Positions 10,155 through 20,110 of a stretch of DNA of 64,000 nt are shown one piece after another. A program made the position numbers and the translations under genes. This DNA comes from Nitrosopumilus sp. Lineage in GTDB: Archaea > Thermoproteota > Nitrososphaeria > Nitrososphaerales > Nitrosopumilaceae. Each line of letters starts with the position of its first letter. The stretch's first letter is position 1. Under the pieces are notes generated by a model that was not told where the DNA came from, ran no database searches, and was given only the letters and a program-made list of their open reading frames with translations. Location of the stretch: positions 224,001-288,000 of the forward strand of contig CBDBGZ010000004.1 in the NCBI GenBank assembly GCA_965205425.1. Direction: 5' to 3'.

Positions 10155-11167
10155 GATGCAGGAACTGTTTCTTCTAAACTAAAAGAACTTTCTACAAAGT
10201 ATTCTACACGAGTTTTTTTGAATTCTCTAGTACTAAAGAGAATTTTGTATTCATCAACACTAATTTGATCTTGGATTGTTTTTGCCATTTCATTTGCCTC
10301 TTCATGAGTCTTACAGTGAATCATTGAAAATACATTGTAAGGCCAATCAGCATATGTAGGTCTCTCATAGCAATGACTTACTTGAGGAAAAGAGCCCAAA
10401 GTTTCTCCAACTTTAGCAATTCTATCTTCAGGTACTTTCCATACAATCATACCATTTGCAGTAAATCCCACTTGTCTATGTCTTAAGATAGCTGCAAATC
10501 TTCGCATAACTCCAATATCTTCATAGTGTTTCATTTTTGCAAACAATTCATCTTCAGTCATTCCAAGATTTTTTGCGGCATTTACAAAAGGCTCATCAAT
10601 AATATCCATATCTTTTTGTAACTCACGAATGAAATCTTTGTCTTCTTCAGTAGGAACAAATTTTACATTTTTAATTTCTTTTTTCTCTTCAGTTGGTGCT
10701 ACATCATGTTTCTTGTCATCTACCATGTCAAGTTTAACACCAATTTTGAATAATTGTAAAGTTGGAAGCATTCTAACTGTTTTAATTCCTTTTAGGACAT
10801 TGAATTTTTCAAGCTCTTCTTTCAAATCAGCTCTAGGAGGAACAGCTAAGGTAAACCAAAGATTGAATTGGTGATCTCGCTCATAGTTATGGCTTACACC
10901 CGGATGACGATTGATTTGACTAGCAACGTATTCTAATTTATCACTTTCAATCTCCATAGCAACAAGAGAACTGGTATAGCCAAGTTTTCTCGTATCAAAA
11001 ATTGCACTTAGTTGTCTTAAAACTCCAATTTCTTTTAGTTCATTTAGTCTTGCTTTGATATCTTCAGGAGTTGAATCAAATTTTTTAGCAATAGCATCAA
11101 AAGGTCTAGTTACAAGTGGGAAAGTCCATTGAATCTCATTAAGAAGTTCTTTATCAGATTCATCCAT
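10151..11167 (-). CDS. ahbAB: Fused AhbA/AhbB (NirDL/GH-type) siroheme decarboxylase, Lrp/AsnC-like
   Basis: Two HTH-Lrp modules with VSHNYERDH and VSHCYERP..WPYNVFSMIH; start set at ATG 11167. Confidence 0.88.
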   Translation of the reverse strand: MDESDKELLNEIQWTFPLVTRPFDAIAKKFDSTPEDIKARLNELKEIGVLRQLSAIFDTRKLGYTSSLVAMEIESDKLEYVASQINRHPGVSHNYERDHQFNLWFTLAVPPRADLKEELEKFNVLKGIKTVRMLPTLQLFKIGVKLDMVDDKKHDVAPTEEKKEIKNVKFVPTEEDKDFIRELQKDMDIIDEPFVNAAKNLGMTEDELFAKMKHYEDIGVMRRFAAILRHRQVGFTANGMIVWKVPEDRIAKVGETLGSFPQVSHCYERPTYADWPYNVFSMIHCKTHEEANEMAKTIQDQISVDEYKILFSTREFKKTRVEYFVESSFSLEETVPAS

Positions 11168-11270
11168 AGAAGTCAATAAGTCAATACCTTGAGTATTCAA
11201 TTAAAAATGTAGCTCGTATTTTAGGCTCTGATTTTTAATACATAAATAGAAACTGAAGTCCCTTTGATCG

Positions 11271-11924
11271 ATGATAGTTGATCTTAATCTTCAAGGGAAA
11301 AAAATAATTATCATAGGTGGAGGAAACGAGGCACAAAAAAGAATCAATTCAGTGTTAAAACAAGAATGTGTAATTACGGTTCTCAGTGATTCAGTAAATT
11401 TACAAATAAACAAACTAGTGAAAACAAAGAAAATTAAATTTGTAAAACAAAAAATTGTAGACACAAAATTTATTTCAAAATTAAAACCAGATTTGATAAT
11501 TACAACAACAGATGATAAAAAAATAAACCAGAAAATCATCAATGATGCAAAAAAGAAAAAGATTTTTGTTTACAGTTCAGATAATCCAGAAGATAGTGAT
11601 TTTTCAAATCCTGCAATAATAGATTTTGAAAATATGATACAAATTGCAATTTTTACTGGTGGAAAAAGTCCAGCAATGTCAAAAAAACTTAAAGACAAAT
11701 CGGAAAAACTATTCAAAAAAATAATTACCAAAGAAGATATCGCTCAAATTAAAATTCAAAAAATTGCAAGAAAAATTGCAAAAGAAACCATTTCCACTCA
11801 AGAGGAAAGAAGAAACTGTCTACGTAGTATCATGAGTGATAATGATATTGATCAGTTAATAAAAGACGGCCAAGTGAAAAAAGCTAAAAAGCGAGCTATT
11901 ACAATATTGAGGAATTGGAAATGA
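11271..11924 (+). CDS. sirC: Precorrin-2 dehydrogenase / sirohydrochlorin ferrochelatase (CysG N-terminal type)
   Basis: IIGGG Rossmann motif, DFSNPA, IFTGGKSPAMSK; upstream of hemA. Confidence 0.88.
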   Translation: MIVDLNLQGKKIIIIGGGNEAQKRINSVLKQECVITVLSDSVNLQINKLVKTKKIKFVKQKIVDTKFISKLKPDLIITTTDDKKINQKIINDAKKKKIFVYSSDNPEDSDFSNPAIIDFENMIQIAIFTGGKSPAMSKKLKDKSEKLFKKIITKEDIAQIKIQKIARKIAKETISTQEERRNCLRSIMSDNDIDQLIKDGQVKKAKKRAITILRNWK

Positions 11925-13186
11925 ATCAAAATATCATCAATGCACGTGTTACTTTTCGTAACTCTCCAATTCACATTTTAGAGCAATTTACCATTAAAGA
12001 CATGGAAAATGCATATGATCAATTCAAAAAGAATTCAGGGCTAGATGAATGTGTAATTATTCAAACTTGTAATAGAATTGAATTATTTGGAAAATCCAAA
12101 TCTCATGATTCAGATAAAATCAAAAAAACATGGGCAACAATTACAGGGTTAGAAGAAGAAGCATTTAATGAAAATATAGAATTTGTAGAGAATCAAGAGG
12201 CACTTCATCATTTGCTAAAACTCACATCAGGTCTAGATTCCATGGTATTGGGAGAGGAACAGATTCTAGGTCAAATAAAAAATTCCATCACATCTGCCAG
12301 AGAAGTTAAAGCATCAGGACAACATCTCAATACACTATTTGATAAAGCAATTAGAATTGGAACTAGAATTAGAAATTCAAGTGGAATTGGTGCAGGAGGA
12401 ATTTCAGTAGGGTCAATGGCAGTAAAGCTTGCAGAAGAAAACATTGATGAATTAAAAACAAAAAAAGTTTTGCTTATCGGTACAGGAGAAGTATCCACCC
12501 TAGTTGCAAAATCACTACAAAGACGAGGCTATGCATTTGATGTTACAAGTAGAACGATGGGAAGATCAGAAACATTTTGTGAAACAATGGGTGGAAATCC
12601 AGCTAAATTTGAAGATGTGTTTTCAGGGTTTGACAATTATGATGTAATTTTTGTTGCAACAACTGCACCATATTTTCTAGTTACAAATGATAGAATTACA
12701 GAAGCTATGAAAAATAAAAGCAAAGGAATGATGATTTTGGATTTATCAAATCCTAGAACAGTTGATGAAAAAGTTGCAACCATTGGAGGAGTTAAACTCA
12801 TGAATCTAGATCAAATTGCCGAAATGGTAGAAAAGAATATGAATGCACGATTAAACAAGGTAAAAACCGTTGAAAATATAATTAACGAGGAAGTTTCTGT
12901 ATTAGAAGCCTCAATGAAAAGACTAGATGCAGAACCACTGGTAAAAGACGTATTCAAAAACATAGAGAATCTTAGAGAAAAAGAATTACAAAAAGCACTT
13001 CAAATGCTAGATGAAAAAGATGAAAAAAAAGTCAAAATTATTGAGGAATTAACAAAGGCAGTTGTAGAAAGTATCGTATCGACCCCAATGAATAATATCA
13101 GAAAAGCATCAGAGCAAGGTAAACCTGACGTAGTAGAGCTTGCCAGTAAATTATTTGACTATAAAAAACAAAATCAAGTAGACTAG
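11915..13186 (+). CDS. hemA: Glutamyl-tRNA reductase
   Basis: QTCNRIE, SGLDSMVLGEEQILGQIK, DLSNPR. Confidence 0.97.
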   Translation: MEMNQNIINARVTFRNSPIHILEQFTIKDMENAYDQFKKNSGLDECVIIQTCNRIELFGKSKSHDSDKIKKTWATITGLEEEAFNENIEFVENQEALHHLLKLTSGLDSMVLGEEQILGQIKNSITSAREVKASGQHLNTLFDKAIRIGTRIRNSSGIGAGGISVGSMAVKLAEENIDELKTKKVLLIGTGEVSTLVAKSLQRRGYAFDVTSRTMGRSETFCETMGGNPAKFEDVFSGFDNYDVIFVATTAPYFLVTNDRITEAMKNKSKGMMILDLSNPRTVDEKVATIGGVKLMNLDQIAEMVEKNMNARLNKVKTVENIINEEVSVLEASMKRLDAEPLVKDVFKNIENLREKELQKALQMLDEKDEKKVKIIEELTKAVVESIVSTPMNNIRKASEQGKPDVVELASKLFDYKKQNQVD

Positions 13187-13216
13187 GATTATATTTTAGC
13201 TAGAGAGAATTTTATC

Positions 13217-14197
13217 ATGTCATTTCCAACTAGACGGCTTCGTCGACTACGAATATCAGATAAAATGAGAGAATTAGTTCAAGAAACAACCCTTTCACCA
13301 AAAGATTTCATTTGTCCAGTATTCGTTCAAGAGGATTTGAAAGAAAGAGTCAAAGTAGAATCAATGTCAGAAATCGAACGTTTACCACTAAGTGACATAA
13401 ATGAAGAAGTTAGAAAAATTATTGATTTAGGAATTCCTGCAATCATGGTTTTTGGAATTCCATCACAAAAAGATGAAGCAGGAAGTTCAGCATTTGACAA
13501 TAATGGAATTGTTCAAAAAGCAATTGCACAGATTAGAGAAGAATTTGGAGATAAGATGGTAATCATGGCAGATGTTTGTCTATGTCAATTTACATCCACA
13601 GGACATTGTGGAATTATTCAAGGAGATAAAATCGATAATGATATCAGTTTAGATACACTTGCAAAAATTGCAATTAGTCAAGCAAAAGCAGGAGTAGACA
13701 CAGTATCACCATCAGCAATGATGGATGGTCAAGTTGCTGCAATTAGAAAAGCATTAGACAAAGAAGGATTTGTAGATGTTTCAATAATGTCACACTCTGC
13801 AAAACACCGCTCAAACTTTTACTCGCCATTTAGAGATGCAGCAGAATGCACTCCAAAGTTTGGAGACAGAAAAACCTACCAAGTTCCATATACAAATGCA
13901 AGAGAAGCAATGATGGAAGTTGAAACAGATATTGAAGAAGGAGTAGACATTGTCATGATAAAACCAGCATTATCATATTTGGATTTAATTGCAGAAACTA
14001 GGAGAAAATACAATGTTCCAGTTTCAGCATACAGTGTATCTGGAGAATATGCACTGGTAAAAGCAGCATCACAATTAGGATACGTAAATGAGAAAGACAT
14101 TACACTAGAAATTTTACATTCTATTAAAAGGGCAGGTGCAGACATGATAGTAACATATTTTGCAAAATCAGCTTCTAGATTCCTTCAAGAATCATGA
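13217..14197 (+). CDS. hemB: Porphobilinogen synthase
   Basis: DVCLCQFTSTGHCG, PSAMMDGQV, MIKPALSYLD. Confidence 0.97.
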   Translation: MSFPTRRLRRLRISDKMRELVQETTLSPKDFICPVFVQEDLKERVKVESMSEIERLPLSDINEEVRKIIDLGIPAIMVFGIPSQKDEAGSSAFDNNGIVQKAIAQIREEFGDKMVIMADVCLCQFTSTGHCGIIQGDKIDNDISLDTLAKIAISQAKAGVDTVSPSAMMDGQVAAIRKALDKEGFVDVSIMSHSAKHRSNFYSPFRDAAECTPKFGDRKTYQVPYTNAREAMMEVETDIEEGVDIVMIKPALSYLDLIAETRRKYNVPVSAYSVSGEYALVKAASQLGYVNEKDITLEILHSIKRAGADMIVTYFAKSASRFLQES

Positions 14198-14505
14198 GAA
14201 ACGACGAGCGTTTTGAAATTCAAAGAGCCTTTGATTTATTGCCACATGTAGTCGGTGCTAGCTGGACTGCAGTTTGGTTTAGAATGAAAGATATCAAAAA
14301 ACCAACAAGAGAAGAATTTCGAGAAAAAACAATAGAATATTTGCAATTAGTTGAGCCTGTATTTGATTCCTACCCAAAAGGAGAAGAATTTGCTGAAATT
14401 AACAAATACATCGAATTTAGGAAAAATGAAGAATATGAGAAAATAAAGACTGGCGAAAATAATGAAATTGAAACAAGGTATGATAGATATGTCGATTATG
14501 GCTAA
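14194..14505 (+). CDS. Hypothetical protein
   Basis: ATGA overlap with the hemB stop. Confidence 0.75.
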   Translation: MRNDERFEIQRAFDLLPHVVGASWTAVWFRMKDIKKPTREEFREKTIEYLQLVEPVFDSYPKGEEFAEINKYIEFRKNEEYEKIKTGENNEIETRYDRYVDYG

Positions 14506-14621
14506 AGCATTGGAGTTTTAAAACACACATCCCCATAGTTGCTAAGGCAATATGAGAAAAGCAGTACAAATACCAAGATTACAGGAGGAGTAAAAATGAG
14601 AAAGTATGTTAGTGTCCTCAT
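14502..14621 (-). CDS. Putative 39-aa membrane peptide
   Basis: Manual translation MRTLTYFLIFTPPVILVFVLLFSYCLSNYGDVCFKTPML; fills the gap; below track cut-off. Confidence 0.5.
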   Translation of the reverse strand: MRTLTYFLIFTPPVILVFVLLFSYCLSNYGDVCFKTPML

Positions 14622-14650
14622 TGTCCTTAAGGGATTAAAAATTCCATAAG

Positions 14651-15271
14651 TTATATCTCCTGTTTTAGTTGTTTTAGATAATCTTTGAGTATTTTAGTTC
14701 TTTTTTTGGCTTCCGCCTTACCAGATGTTGTATTCATCAAAGACTCCAATTTGAGTAATTTTTGATAAAAATGATCTATAGTCCAAGTTTTATCATCAGG
14801 TTTCCTCGTTTTACAAAATGGATCATCAATGTTGTAAAATGGTCGTTTCAGTGAACCTCCAGTAGCAAAAACTCTTGCAAGTCCTATTGCACCTATTGCA
14901 TCTAATCTATCAGCATCCTGAAGAATTTTTCCCTCCAAAGTTGAAGGTATTTTATTTTGTGAAAAACTATGATCACGAATAGCATCTGAAATAACAGTAA
15001 TTTCTTCTTCTAAAAAATTATATTTTTTTAGAATTTGTTTAGATTTTTTTACACTTTCTGTTGAAGCCATTTTTGAGCGTTTGTCAGATTTTGGATAAGA
15101 AACAATATCATGTAATAATGCGGCACTAAGAACTAATTTCTCATTGGCTTTCTCTTTCTTGCACATTTTTTGAGCATTTTTGTAAACTCTCATAATGTGT
15201 TCAAAATCATGTGCGGAATCATTATTCATGATTTCTTTAACTTCATTTTTTATAGAATCGAGAATTTTCAT
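14651..15271 (-). CDS. HD-domain phosphohydrolase
   Basis: HDFEH, LLHDI, QDADRLDAIGAIG. Confidence 0.92.
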   Translation of the reverse strand: MKILDSIKNEVKEIMNNDSAHDFEHIMRVYKNAQKMCKKEKANEKLVLSAALLHDIVSYPKSDKRSKMASTESVKKSKQILKKYNFLEEEITVISDAIRDHSFSQNKIPSTLEGKILQDADRLDAIGAIGLARVFATGGSLKRPFYNIDDPFCKTRKPDDKTWTIDHFYQKLLKLESLMNTTSGKAEAKKRTKILKDYLKQLKQEI

Positions 15272-15892
15272 TTAGAATCTCCATATTTTTGGTTTGACAA
15301 ATTTTAATTTTCTTTTAGTGATTAAAAGAGTCCAATTGACTGATGCAAATAAAATAATCAATCCAATTCCTGCACCATCAATTAATAAAATTCCAGTTAG
15401 ACGATCCTCAAATAATTCTAAGAATGGAGTTAGCACAGCATTTCCAGAATAAATCATAACAATGTATGAGATAGTCCTACCAAACCAAAATCCAACATAA
15501 ATTCCCAGGCTTTTTGCTCGCATTAGTCCATATGCAATAAACAACATGTTACTTGGTAGAGGGGTCGCACCAAAAAGAAAAGATGCAATAACATAACCAT
15601 ATTTTTTATTATTCAGATAATCTCCAATCACATCAAGGTTAGATTTTTGTTCTTCTGCAACAAATCTTCTAAAAAGTACACTAATTCGCTTAAGAGCAAA
15701 TCGGCCAATAGTAGCTCCTGTTGCACCCACCATAGCAAGAATAACTACATTCAGGGTAGGATCTAGAAGATAAAATGATGTTAGAATAATCCAGCTTGGA
15801 GGCATTAGAATTGGAGATGCATTTACTCCAATTAGTACAAGAAAAATTCCAAAATATGAAAATTCTCCAAAAATTTCAAAAATATCTAACAT
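15272..15892 (-). CDS. DedA/VTT-like membrane protein
   Basis: Multiple TM segments, GATGATIG, TPLPSN. Confidence 0.75.
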   Translation of the reverse strand: MLDIFEIFGEFSYFGIFLVLIGVNASPILMPPSWIILTSFYLLDPTLNVVILAMVGATGATIGRFALKRISVLFRRFVAEEQKSNLDVIGDYLNNKKYGYVIASFLFGATPLPSNMLFIAYGLMRAKSLGIYVGFWFGRTISYIVMIYSGNAVLTPFLELFEDRLTGILLIDGAGIGLIILFASVNWTLLITKRKLKFVKPKIWRF

Positions 15893-16089
15893 CTTTCAAA
15901 AATTGTAGTACTTTTTTTGCTTCTAAACCCTTGGATTCATTTTTAGTCATGAAAAAATATCATTCTGATCTAAAAAATTATAAGAATTACATGTTTTTCA
16001 AAACAATGATCATGTATTGTAACAAATTGGATCAATCATGCGGTGCTGTCCAAATTTTTTCCGCAAAACTTGCGAAAAGCTTATAGATC

Positions 16090-16261
16090 CAGTACTTGGG
16101 AAAGTAGATTTCAGTTGTACGATTTTCACTAGTTTTTTTATGTTAATTTTGTGCCTATGAAAATATCATGCTCAAATTATAGCACTGACAAAAATATCGT
16201 CATGAAATCAGTATGAACTAACCGAAATTCAAAGAATCAAATTTTACTTTCCCAAGTACTG
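16090..16261. mobile_element. MITE type 2 (172 bp, CAGTAC ends)
   Basis: Perfect 17-bp IR CAGTACTTGGGAAAGTA; TAGATC duplicated at 16084-16089 and 16262-16267; absent from copies 1 and 3. Confidence 0.92.
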
Positions 16262-16316
16262 TAGATCATGACGGATTCCGCCATGTTTTTTGATCACCAA
16301 ATGACTGGTACATGTA

Positions 16317-17267
16317 ATGACTGGGAAAAAGAAGCACAGGAACGCACTGTACGGTGCACACGTAACACAATACCGCAAGCACGTCAGAAATCTCAAGGCA
16401 CGAAAGTATCGCAACTACTCACAATATGAGAAGAATAGAAGGGGCGAGAGCAAGAAGATAAGGGCAAGGATCAAGCGAATCAAGAAGCTGATCCCCTCCG
16501 TGTGGAAAGATGCTACCGATGCCGAGATTGCCTCGCTGTTATGCGTACTGGACATGGTGTTTCACAACCACTCGTACAGAATCCACGTTACATACATGGA
16601 GCTGCACCAAGGTACGGTAAACACCTATGGCTTAAAAAAGATCCCCTCCAAATCCACCCTGGGAAACATGGCAAAGTCACTCTCCGGACGCATGGGGCAG
16701 ATCAAGGGACTGCTACTGGCACAGGCCGGAGACGACACACACGGCAGTCTTGGAGGCGACTCGTCGGGGTTCTCCATAGCAAAATACGAGGACTGGGAGG
16801 ATGCCAAGAAGGGACTGGTGTCAAGGCGCGGATTTGACAAGCTGCACATACTTGTGGCCCCGCATGGAATGATATCTGCATGCGAGGTGACCTGTGGAAG
16901 GACGCATGACTCGCCGGTATTTCGTACCATGTTTGCAAGGATGCCACAGGGTTCAGGTGACGTGCTGCTTGATGCGGCATACCTTGCAGGGGAGAACTGC
17001 AGGGTCATAACTGACAGCGGACGCAGGCCGGTAATATGCCCCAAGGGGAACTCTGTCCCACGCGGATTTACACCGATGGGCAAGATGTTGCGATGGCATC
17101 GCGATGATCCTAAAGGGTTTGAAATGGCATACCATCAGCGCAGTCTGGTCGAGGACGTGTTTTCTGTAATCAAGGAGAGGTTCGGTGCGGTGGCTCGCGC
17201 AAGAAGCGAGTCTGTAAGAAGACTGCAGTTGACCATCATGTGCGTCTGCTACAACCTGATATCCTGA
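16317..17267 (+). CDS. IS5-family DDE transposase
   Basis: DSSG, KLHILV, LDAAY, YHQRSLVEDVFSVIK. Confidence 0.92.
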   Translation: MTGKKKHRNALYGAHVTQYRKHVRNLKARKYRNYSQYEKNRRGESKKIRARIKRIKKLIPSVWKDATDAEIASLLCVLDMVFHNHSYRIHVTYMELHQGTVNTYGLKKIPSKSTLGNMAKSLSGRMGQIKGLLLAQAGDDTHGSLGGDSSGFSIAKYEDWEDAKKGLVSRRGFDKLHILVAPHGMISACEVTCGRTHDSPVFRTMFARMPQGSGDVLLDAAYLAGENCRVITDSGRRPVICPKGNSVPRGFTPMGKMLRWHRDDPKGFEMAYHQRSLVEDVFSVIKERFGAVARARSESVRRLQLTIMCVCYNLIS

Positions 17268-17464
17268 CATTGCGTGTCCGGAATAGGGGTCCGGCCCTAG
17301 CGTAAGCTATGTGTCGGTGCGTGTCATTTTGGCACAAAATCACGGCATTGCAGTGACGGCCTTGATCCATATGGCCGTATGTGGAGTCTGTTCTGCATAT
17401 TTCTGTGCAAGAATCATGCAATTCATGTCCGAAATTGGCAAAATTGGACAGCACCCAATCATGC

Positions 17465-18700
17465 GGTGCTGTCCAAATTTTTTCCGCAAAACTTGCGAAA
17501 AGCTTATAGATCATGACGGATTCCGCCATGTTTTTTGATCACCAAATGACTGGTACGTGTAATGACTGGGAAAAAGAAGCACAGGAACGCACTGTACGGT
17601 GCACACGTAACACAATACCGCAAGCACGTCAGAAATCTCAAGGCACGAAAGTATCGCAACTACTCACAATATGAGAAGAATAGAAGAGGCGAGAGCAAGA
17701 AGATAAGGGCAAGGATCAAGCGAATCAAGAAGCTGATCCCCTCCGTGTGGAAAGATGCTACCGATGCCGAGATTGCCTCGCTGTTATGCGTACTGGACAT
17801 GGTGTTTCACAACCACTCGTACAGAATCCACGTTACATACATGGAGCTGCACCAAGGTACGGTAAACACCTATGGCTTAAAAAAGATCCCCTCCAAATCC
17901 ACCCTGGGAAACATGGCAAAGTCACTCTCCGGACGCATGGGGCAGATCAAGGGACTGTTACTGGCACAGGCCGGAGACGACACACACGGCAGTCTTGGAG
18001 GCGACTCGTCGGGGTTCTCAATAGCAAAATACGAGGACTGGGAGGATGCCAAGAAAGGGCTGGTGTCAAGGCGCGGATTTGACAAGCTGCACATACTTGT
18101 GGCCCCGCATGGAATGATATCTGCATGCGAGGTGACCTGCGGAAGGACGCATGACTCGCCGGTATTTCGTACCATGTTTGCAAGGATGCCGCAGGGTTCA
18201 GGTGACGTGCTGCTTGATGCGGCATACCTTGCAGGGGAGAACTGCAGGGTCATAACTGACAGCGGACGCAGGCCGGTAATATGCCCCAAGGGGAACTCTG
18301 TCCCACGCGGATTTACACCGATGGGCAAGATGTTGCGATGGCATCGCGATGATCCTGAAGGGTTTGAAATGGCATACCATCAGCGCAGTCTGGTCGAGGA
18401 CGTGTTTTCTGTAATCAAGGAGAGGTTCGGTGCGGTGGCTCGCGCAAGAAGCGAGTCTGTAAGAAGACTGCAGTTGACCATCATGTGCGTCTGCTACAAC
18501 CTGATATCCTGACATTGCGTGTCCGGAATAGGGGTCCGGCCCTAGCGTAAGCTATGTGTAGGTGCGTGTCATTTTGGCACAAAATCACGGCATTGCAGTG
18601 ACGGCCTTGATCCATATGGCCGTATGTGGAGTCTGTTCTGCATATTTCTGTGCAAGAATCATGCAATTCATGTCCGAAATTGGCAAAATTGGACAGCACC
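17465..18700 (+). mobile_element. IS5-family (IS903-like) element, copy 3, intact, 1236 bp
   Basis: Same ends; CAATCATGC again at 18701-18709. Confidence 0.93.
17562..18512 (+). CDS. IS5-family DDE transposase
   Basis: Identical to the 16317-17267 protein except one K/E. Confidence 0.92.
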   Translation: MTGKKKHRNALYGAHVTQYRKHVRNLKARKYRNYSQYEKNRRGESKKIRARIKRIKKLIPSVWKDATDAEIASLLCVLDMVFHNHSYRIHVTYMELHQGTVNTYGLKKIPSKSTLGNMAKSLSGRMGQIKGLLLAQAGDDTHGSLGGDSSGFSIAKYEDWEDAKKGLVSRRGFDKLHILVAPHGMISACEVTCGRTHDSPVFRTMFARMPQGSGDVLLDAAYLAGENCRVITDSGRRPVICPKGNSVPRGFTPMGKMLRWHRDDPEGFEMAYHQRSLVEDVFSVIKERFGAVARARSESVRRLQLTIMCVCYNLIS

Positions 18701-18744
18701 CAATCATGCAATATCCTTATAAGCAATTTATGCATAGTGTAGCC

Positions 18745-18867
18745 ATGTCCGAGATGGTTTGGAAGTGTTTTAGATGCAATTTATCATTCAAGGACGACCA
18801 ACTTGCTGAAATGCACAAGCAAATTTCAGAACATTCTGTTACTAAAGTAAAGACAATTGTAGCATAA
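18745..18867 (+). CDS. 40-aa C2H2-type zinc-finger protein
   Basis: MSEMVWKCFRCNLSFKDDQLAEMHKQISEH; TTATAA about 25 bp upstream. Confidence 0.75.
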   Translation: MSEMVWKCFRCNLSFKDDQLAEMHKQISEHSVTKVKTIVA

Positions 18868-18911
18868 TTACAAAATTATTACCAAAATTTGCAATTATAG
18901 ATAAAAAATAG

Positions 18912-19011
18912 TGCAGAGGGTGGGATTCGAACCCACGAACTCCTGAGAGAAGGGATTACCCATATATGGATCTTGAGTCCCTCTCGGTTGACCGGGCTTC
19001 GATACCTCTGC
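18912..19011 (-). tRNA. tRNA-Leu(CAA) with a 15-nt canonical 37/38 intron (18957-18971)
   Basis: GCAGAGG/CCTCTGC acceptor stem, AGGGA-CTCAAG[intron]A-TCCCT anticodon arm, long variable arm, GTTCGAATC. Confidence 0.95.
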
Positions 19012-19130
19012 ATTGAGATTGTGTATGGACCAATATTTCTCGATTACTATTTTACCAAATTAAAAACCTGATCTATCATTTTACTAATTTTTGGACAAAG
19101 CTTATAATTGTGCACAATAGTTTCCAAAAC

Positions 19131-19445
19131 ATGTCAGAATTCATACCAATTTCCGACGCAAAAAAAATGCGAAGTGGAGTTAATGTTGAAGCTGTTGTTA
19201 AAAGCAAAGGAGACCCAAGAACTGTCAACCTCAAAAGTGGGGGAACAGTGGATGTCTGTGATGCAGTAATTTCTAACGGTGAAACAGAAGATGACCAAAT
19301 GAAACTCACATTGTGGGGCGACGATATCAAAGCAGTAAATGTTGGAGATACAGTTGTCATCACAAATGGATATACCAATGAGTTCAAAGGTGAAGTATCC
19401 TTAACCAAAGGTAAATTTGGTAAGATGGATATCAATCCTCAATAA
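19131..19445 (+). CDS. Single OB-fold ssDNA-binding protein (SSB/RPA-like)
   Basis: PRTVNLKSG, KLTLWGDD, ITNGYTNEFKG. Confidence 0.88.
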   Translation: MSEFIPISDAKKMRSGVNVEAVVKSKGDPRTVNLKSGGTVDVCDAVISNGETEDDQMKLTLWGDDIKAVNVGDTVVITNGYTNEFKGEVSLTKGKFGKMDINPQ

Positions 19446-20044
19446 TTTCTTTTATTATCTAAATTATTTTTCAAATCTATTAAAATTACAATAACACCGA
19501 TAATTGAAATTAGTATTCCCAAAACAAGTAAAAATCCAGAAATTAAAAGAGATGAGACCACATTCATTACCTGGGAATCAGGATTTGATAATGCATCAGA
19601 GTTTTCCAGATCTTCAGAAAACATTACAACAACATTTACAATTCGAGAACCAGTATTTTTGATTTCAAAATTCAAACTATCATACTGTTCAAGTTCTAAT
19701 GCTTCAAATAAAATTGGTTCAGACATTACAAAATTTCCATAATCATCTCCAAAAATATTTGAGATGTTGATTGATAATGTATCTCCAGAAACATAATCAA
19801 TAACTTGAATTCCCCAAAGCAGAGGAGCACCATATGTAGATGTATCATACGTCACATATGCTGATTCATTAGGCATGATTTGGAGTTCATTTGTTATTTC
19901 ATCAAACATTCCCTTAAACATAGAAGCCATCGAAAGATCATTGGGGCCAGTAATGTTTGAAGGAACAACAGAAGATGCAATAGAAAGTGAAACTCCAACT
20001 AATATCAAACCTACAATTGTAATTACTAAACCACGTTTTTTCAT
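19439..20044 (-). CDS. Membrane protein with N- and C-terminal TM helices
   Basis: Hydrophobic termini. Confidence 0.75.
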   Translation of the reverse strand: MKKRGLVITIVGLILVGVSLSIASSVVPSNITGPNDLSMASMFKGMFDEITNELQIMPNESAYVTYDTSTYGAPLLWGIQVIDYVSGDTLSINISNIFGDDYGNFVMSEPILFEALELEQYDSLNFEIKNTGSRIVNVVVMFSEDLENSDALSNPDSQVMNVVSSLLISGFLLVLGILISIIGVIVILIDLKNNLDNKRNY

Positions 20045-20110
20045 TTTAAAATAACAAACTAAAACCCACTTTTATGTTATAGAATTGAATAGTAAATAGA
20101 TTTTGTAAGA

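Larger units (their letters stand above)
16042..17455 (+). mobile_element. IS5-family (IS903-like) element, copy 2, with a MITE in its leader
   Basis: GGTGCTGTCC ends; CAATCATGC at 16033-16041 and 17456-17464. Confidence 0.93.

Noticed and set aside
18912..19011. tRNA as integration site (also tRNA-Glu at 59174)
   Set aside because: No duplicated tRNA end or intact integrase seen; the intron is canonical.
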